This document shows, one piece after another, positions 11,901-17,900 of a stretch of DNA of 20,000 nucleotides (position 1 is its first letter; each line of letters begins with the position of its first letter). The position numbers and the translations under genes were made by a program. The stretch is from Mesotaenium endlicherianum (Eukaryota): the NCBI GenBank assembly GCA_009602735.1, contig WELA01002336.1, forward strand, positions 67,417-87,416. The letters are read 5' to 3'. Below the pieces are notes generated by a model. That model saw only the letters and a program-made list of their open reading frames with translations. It ran no database searches and was not told where the DNA came from.

Positions 11901-14900
11901 CATGTGCGGATGTTTGGGAGTCAGTCTGCTACTTCATGACACAGATGAATGTGTAAACGTTGGAAGATGTGCGCGCACACACACACACACGAGTACACAT
12001 CCAAGCACAAGCGCGTGGCTGTATGGCTGCAAGAAGGTGCCCACCTGACCCTGCATGTACACATTGAATGGACTTCTCTGCTTGTGATGTATATTTCATT
12101 TCCTCATGAAGTCAAACAGTAATTTAAATTTCAACCGGAAAAAAGTTAACCACAATCTATGGACGTCACACACTTGTCTCAATGCCCGTTGGCACCAATG
12201 TGCGTGCGCAAGTCCATAACCAAGGTTCGGGAAAAGTTTGCGACTCTTAGTCTCATGAACTTTGGTTGCGAGCGGCACGGGCGGAGACTGCGCGGCACCT
12301 GAGTGCTCTGCTGCGCCATGTAGGACAGGAGCACCAGCAGGTCCCACGCGGTCTCAAGCCGTGCAAGCGCCACCTGTCGCACACCGGAGCAAGCCGCGTG
12401 ACCGGCTCCTGTCGCCCGCCCCTGACCCCCTCCCCTTGGGGGAGCCGCCTGCTCCTGAGTCGGGGCAAGAGGAATCTCCAGGCTCTCGACAAGTGTCCTC
12501 ACTGCGCTGAGGACACGTGTCCACCCCCCATAGGCTGCAGGCAGATCCCGGAGGGCGGATGACAGCTTAAGGGAGAAGAGTCTGTGCTGGCGGTTGTGCT
12601 CCTGCAGTGCTCTCTGCCTTTCGGCGGAGAGGGCCCCCGGCTGTGCCACCTGGCAAGCGGAAGGAGAAGAGCGAGCAGTTGCACCGTCAGAAAGGGAACG
12701 GGGAGGGGGGGGGCCCTCGGGGGAGGGAAATGCTTTCAGGTATTCATGTTTGCGTATAGGAAAGATGAGCAGCCGTATGGCTGAAGCATGAGAATTTTAG
12801 AGTCTATATATCTCATGCATGCAATCAAGTGTGTAAGCACCCAGATCTGGAAGCGCCCCTCTCTAAGTGGACCTATGACATGGCAGGCTACTGATGCAAT
12901 CAGCGGCTCCGAGTAGGAGGAACCACCTGGCTTGAGGGATAGGCGCTCATGACGCCCCCAGTCAGGTTAATACGAAGGTGCTATTTTGGGGGGGGGGGNN
13001 NNNNNNNNNNNNNNNNNNNNNNNNNNNNNNNNNNNNGGAGGGGGGAAACGTGAGAAGAAGGGGGGGGGGTTTTGGGGGGGTTTGGAGCTTCGCAGTTAGC
13101 AACGAGGCTAATTTTTGTGATCTCTCAAACTGCAGGCATTAGCCAACTCCTCCATTCTGCACCATTTGCCCTTTTGGTTGTATCCCTTGCATCATCCGAG
13201 AGGTCGACATGTGGCTCCGGCCACTATGCAATGTGCTGGTGACATATGTCCGCACCGCAGAACTTGGCTGCGACTAGCGCTGTACTGACTCGCCCTGAAG
13301 GTAATGTGTCAGCCTCCCCACGGCACGGCGGGAGATGCATATCCGTGAGAGCATATTGATACGGCACACACGTTAAGCAACACACGCGGACCCACGCGCA
13401 GGCGGCGGGGGAGTTTCCAGACCCGCCCCAGGCACGTCTGCGCATGCATGTATGTGAAGAAGGAGCGCGCGCATGGCATGGAGATACACAAGGTGCCGAC
13501 TGACCTTCTCACCCAACCTGCCCACGGACGCACGCACGCGCTGGCATACGAGTTGCAAGCGCTAATCTACATAGCCGTATGCAAGATGAAAGCGGCGTTG
13601 CACTGAAAGTGCAGGCGATAGCAAGGGCGAGGGGAAGAGGGGGGAGACACAGAGGAACACATAGAAAGAGAGAGGGGGGGGGGGGGNNNNNNNNNNNNNN
13701 NNNNNNNNNGGGGGGGGGGGGGGGAGGGGGGGAGAGAGGCAGTTGCACCTGGCCCATGCCCACAGTGAGAGCGTGCACAAAAGCCGCCACGATCTCTTCA
13801 GCGCCACAAGCACGCCGTAGCAGTGCAGCTGGCACCCCCGCCATCATATAGGGGCTGATTTGATGCCTCGTGTTCTTTCCCAGGCTCACGATGGCAGCGC
13901 TCAAATTCCCGCGGGAGGGCTCTGCCGCGCCAGGTGGCAGCCCCAGGGAGCCCGGGTGCCCTGGTGAGTCTGCGCATTGGTAAAAGAGCGAGTAAGCGTA
14001 CGTGAGTAGTGAAGGATTCACAGGTCAGGGCCACTTTCAGAGACACTCGGCGTTGTAGAGTGAGCAACAGCACAAGAGACACAGCACAGACAGCACAGGG
14101 GGCAGGTGATGCAATCCATAAGAGGTACCTGGAAGGAAATGCCACACAGAGGGCACCTGGCAGGCAATGCAGCAAGCGGGCGACACCCTGACAGGCAGTG
14201 CAACAGGCATATGGATGACATCTGACAGGCAGTGCAACGAGCGAGTGACACCTGGCAGGACGGCACGCAGCCTGAGCTCCTCAACGGGGTCCAACGATCT
14301 GAAGAGCGACGCTCCGTTCCTGCGGACCAGCCCCAGGGCGCCACTTGTCGGGTCCAGCAGCAGCCCAAGGGGCCGAGTGTGATCCTGCCAGCACCTCAGG
14401 TAGGACCTAGTGAGGCTTGACCAGCCGTCCAGCTGTTGTGCCCTTGAGCCGCCAGGTCGCGCCTCAGCGTCGAGGACGGAAGCCTGCCAGGCCAGAAGAT
14501 AGAGAAAGACACAAACGAGAAACATTACTTCTTCCGAGGACAGAAAATGACGGGCCTACTGGGAGAACAACAAGACCATCGGATTTGTCAGTCTTGGCGC
14601 CGGAAACACGGCCCAAAGATGCAACGAGAGGAGAAACATTGTCCACGTGTGAAGCAAGGCAAGGTCCAGCGGTCCACGGCAATGCAGAGGCATGTGACGA
14701 CAGATGGATGACAAGGGGCGACTTGACTGTGAGGCCCAGACGCATTCACCCATGCGACCTATTCACCGTGGTCGGATAGTAATCAAATGCATCTTACTGC
14801 TTGTCTGCGCTCTCTTGCGCATCACAAACATGCACAAGTAGGCGTCACAAGAGCAATAATGTTGTGGTGTCTAAAGAGAAAATCACAATGAGAAACAAAT

Positions 14901-17900
14901 ATAAGCTCAAACACACGCGTATACACACACAAGCTCGCAGAGCAAAGGGCCGTCACCTGCAAGGAAAGCACTTGAGCAGCGGCGATGAGCTCCCGCTTGA
15001 CAGCTGGCAGCCCCTTACTCGCCAGCTCAGCCTCCCTCCCACCTCGGCCCATCTCCTGGAGCACCTGCCTGAGAGCCGGCCAGAGGAAGACACCTGGCGA
15101 CAGCAGGGTGGACGTGAAAACCTCGTCCAGGTCCACATTGACGCCCGCCTGCACATGGTCAACGTGAAGTAGCGAATACAGACCAGTCAGTCTCGCATCC
15201 GCGTATCTCCAAGGTGAGCACAAGTTTGTGTCTGCGAGAGTGTACGTGTATGGTTACATGCGTGACGAGCGTGCATGCTTGCTAATGCGTGTTAAGAGGA
15301 AAACAGAGGGAGAGAAAGAGAGGTGTGCCTTCCTACAGGCACGCATGAGCGCATGCCTACAATCATGCACCAAATCAGATTATTTACAACATACACTTTG
15401 AGAGGGCATGCGCATGCGGATACCCCCTCCTAGTCAACAGCTCAGAAGACCAGAACCCATCCTATCCCCTCCAGACCCCCCGGCATTCCATTCTCGCATC
15501 TGGCCACCGACGACTGCTGATCACTTGCTATGAGCAGCCGGCGAGTGTCGAGTCCGCAGCCATCGACGCTCCCCCGCCCGCCCAAGTGAGCTCACCGATG
15601 AAGCCTCTCTCGGGTTTATGACGCACGACGATGCTACCAGAAGCCAGCGGTGCGCGACGTGCTATGCTTGATGGATATACGGCCAGCCACCATCTGTCGA
15701 TGTCTTGGGACGAATCATTGCGTCTTCGACGCAGAATTGGTTCAAGAAAGGAAGGGCGCCCCTCCTCTACCACAAGGAGGGGGCTCAGCCTCATCTCCAA
15801 GGGAAGAAATATCCATCTCCGGGTCGTTGCTCCAGGACGTGCAGCGCTCAATCCTTAGAAGCTCACAGTTGTCAATAGACAGGCTCCGAAACCTCGGCGC
15901 AACCAACAAACATACTGCGATACTTCCATCCTTCTGCTTACAGAGTGCTTGAGCTTTTGGGGGTGCGGAAGTTTCTACCCTTGAGAAGGACTCCAGTGCC
16001 AAGTCAGCAAAGAGCGCAGCATTGCTGGCATTGCTGGAAGGGGAAGCTCCTTCCTGGTGCCCCAGGAGCAGTCGCGCAGCCACCTCTCTGTCTGCCAGCT
16101 GGCACTCCTGCGAGCTGCAGTCATTGCAAAAGAAAAAAGCTCAAATTGCTATGGTACTTCTGTCGCTGTGGTATGACAGGGTCATTCTGTCATTAACAGC
16201 TCAAGCAATTCAGTTACACGTGCACACGCACATGCACACGCACATTCTGCGCGGGGGTGGCCCAACAAGAAGTGATTCGGGACAAACAATCAGGCACCAG
16301 AAGAGCAGCAGACGATGCCATGAGCATTGACCATCTAATACTTTCTAGGCAGAGAGTAAATTTACAACTGAGAAACAGACCCCCCCAGCAGAGGGAGGGG
16401 GGCTTTTGAGGGGGGAGGGNNNNNNNNNNNNNNNNNNNNNNNNNNNNNNNNNNNNNNNNNNNNNNNNNNNNNNNNNNNNNNNNNNNNNNNNNNNNNNNNN
16501 NNNNNNNNNNNNNNNNNNNNNNNNNNNNNNNNNNNNNNNNNNNNNNNNNNNNNNNNNNNNNNNNNNNNNNNNNNNNNNGGGGGGGGGTTAGTCGCCGCTC
16601 ACTCAGTCAATGATGATGTGCCAGCCGGCACTTGCAAGACACTGGGAAGTGCCACCTGTCGTCCGCTGGACGGCGGTGCTCCCAGCAGCACCCAGGCCTC
16701 GCCCTTGAGCAGCCTGAGGTCGACAAGTGGCGCCTGTGGCATACACACACATCACAGAGCATGTCACTCGGGGCAGCCTGTTAACGATACCGCAGACATG
16801 TACCACACACCAGTATATGTGTCTCCACGTGAATGTGCAGTGTAGTGAATAGGAAATATTTTATGTATTGAGGAGGAAGACGCGTACATACACACGCACG
16901 CATACGCACCAACACGCGCCCACACAGACATACACACACACACACACCAGCAAAGAGAGAGAGGAAGAGGGGCACGTCTCTTCCTTTATCGTGGTGGGGT
17001 CAATCCCCTTCTAATGCACCTGTTAGGATTCACTCCGGGGCAGTGCAGCGCCCGTACCCCTCCTCAAAGGAAAGAGACAAGCGTGAGGTGTTGGGATGTC
17101 ACGTCTTGCGCATCATGGAGATGATCCAACTCGCGCATGCCAATCCAGCTCCCGCTTTGCAACTCCATAGCAACGTGTCTGCCAATCGAAGAAAAAGAAC
17201 ATGGGCAATGTACCTGTACTCTGTAAAAGAGAGTGTGGGAAGGGGAGGGTTGTACCTGGCCCAGCGGGATGCTGCCAAGTGGCTCCACGGTGCCACCTGT
17301 GTGCAGAGCGAGCTCGTACCGCCACAGCTGCCTCTCCACCCCCTCCTGCTGCGCCCCCTCTCAAATTTGTGTGGCGTCAGATCAACCCCCTCCGTGAAAT
17401 GTGTGCGGCATTCCGACAGCCGCCACTGCGTGTTCCCGGACCAGACGTCGTCAATATATATATTGTGCACCCACCCAGGAGTAGCCCGTGTGCCGTTGCC
17501 TGTCCAAGAGTGGTGAGCTGAGCATATTGTACATAGTCTCAACCTAAGAACGCAGCAGTGAGGAGGAAGCAGGGGGGCAGGCAGGCACCAGAGGTCCAAA
17601 GCATGTCACCTCGCTGGAGTTGTACAATGCCGCCAGGTGGAGCGTTCCCGTGGGGTCCACGCAGTCGTCGACCCACCACTTGTGCACGGGCGCCTCTGTC
17701 GTTCAGTGCCCACCCGATCAGCACAAGCATCCAGATATGGCATAGGTTATATGATAAGTACTCCTACAAAAGGCATAGCATACATATATCTCAAGGACTT
17801 GACAGACCTCAGCAAGTAATGAAAGACGTGAAGCACAACTCTTTGTGGAGATAACTCTACATTCTCCTCCCCTCAAAGTGTTTCCCTCGCCGGGGCAAAA

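Noticed and set aside
13224..13558. Possible extra exon between 13749 and 12649
   Set aside because: The flanking exons already join in phase 0 with colinear Nup160 sequence, and the local ORFs show no family similarity.
14126..14259. Repeat-spacer pattern resembling a mini CRISPR array
   Set aside because: The repeats are short and divergent, the spacers are only ~12-17 nt, there are no cas genes, and the locus is a eukaryotic intron. A duplicated splice junction explains it.
17447..17458. YIDD (reverse-transcriptase YxDD-like) motif in minus ORF 17099-17599
   Set aside because: It is an isolated 4-residue match, partly from an ATATAT run, in a 264-nt intron, with no other RT motifs.
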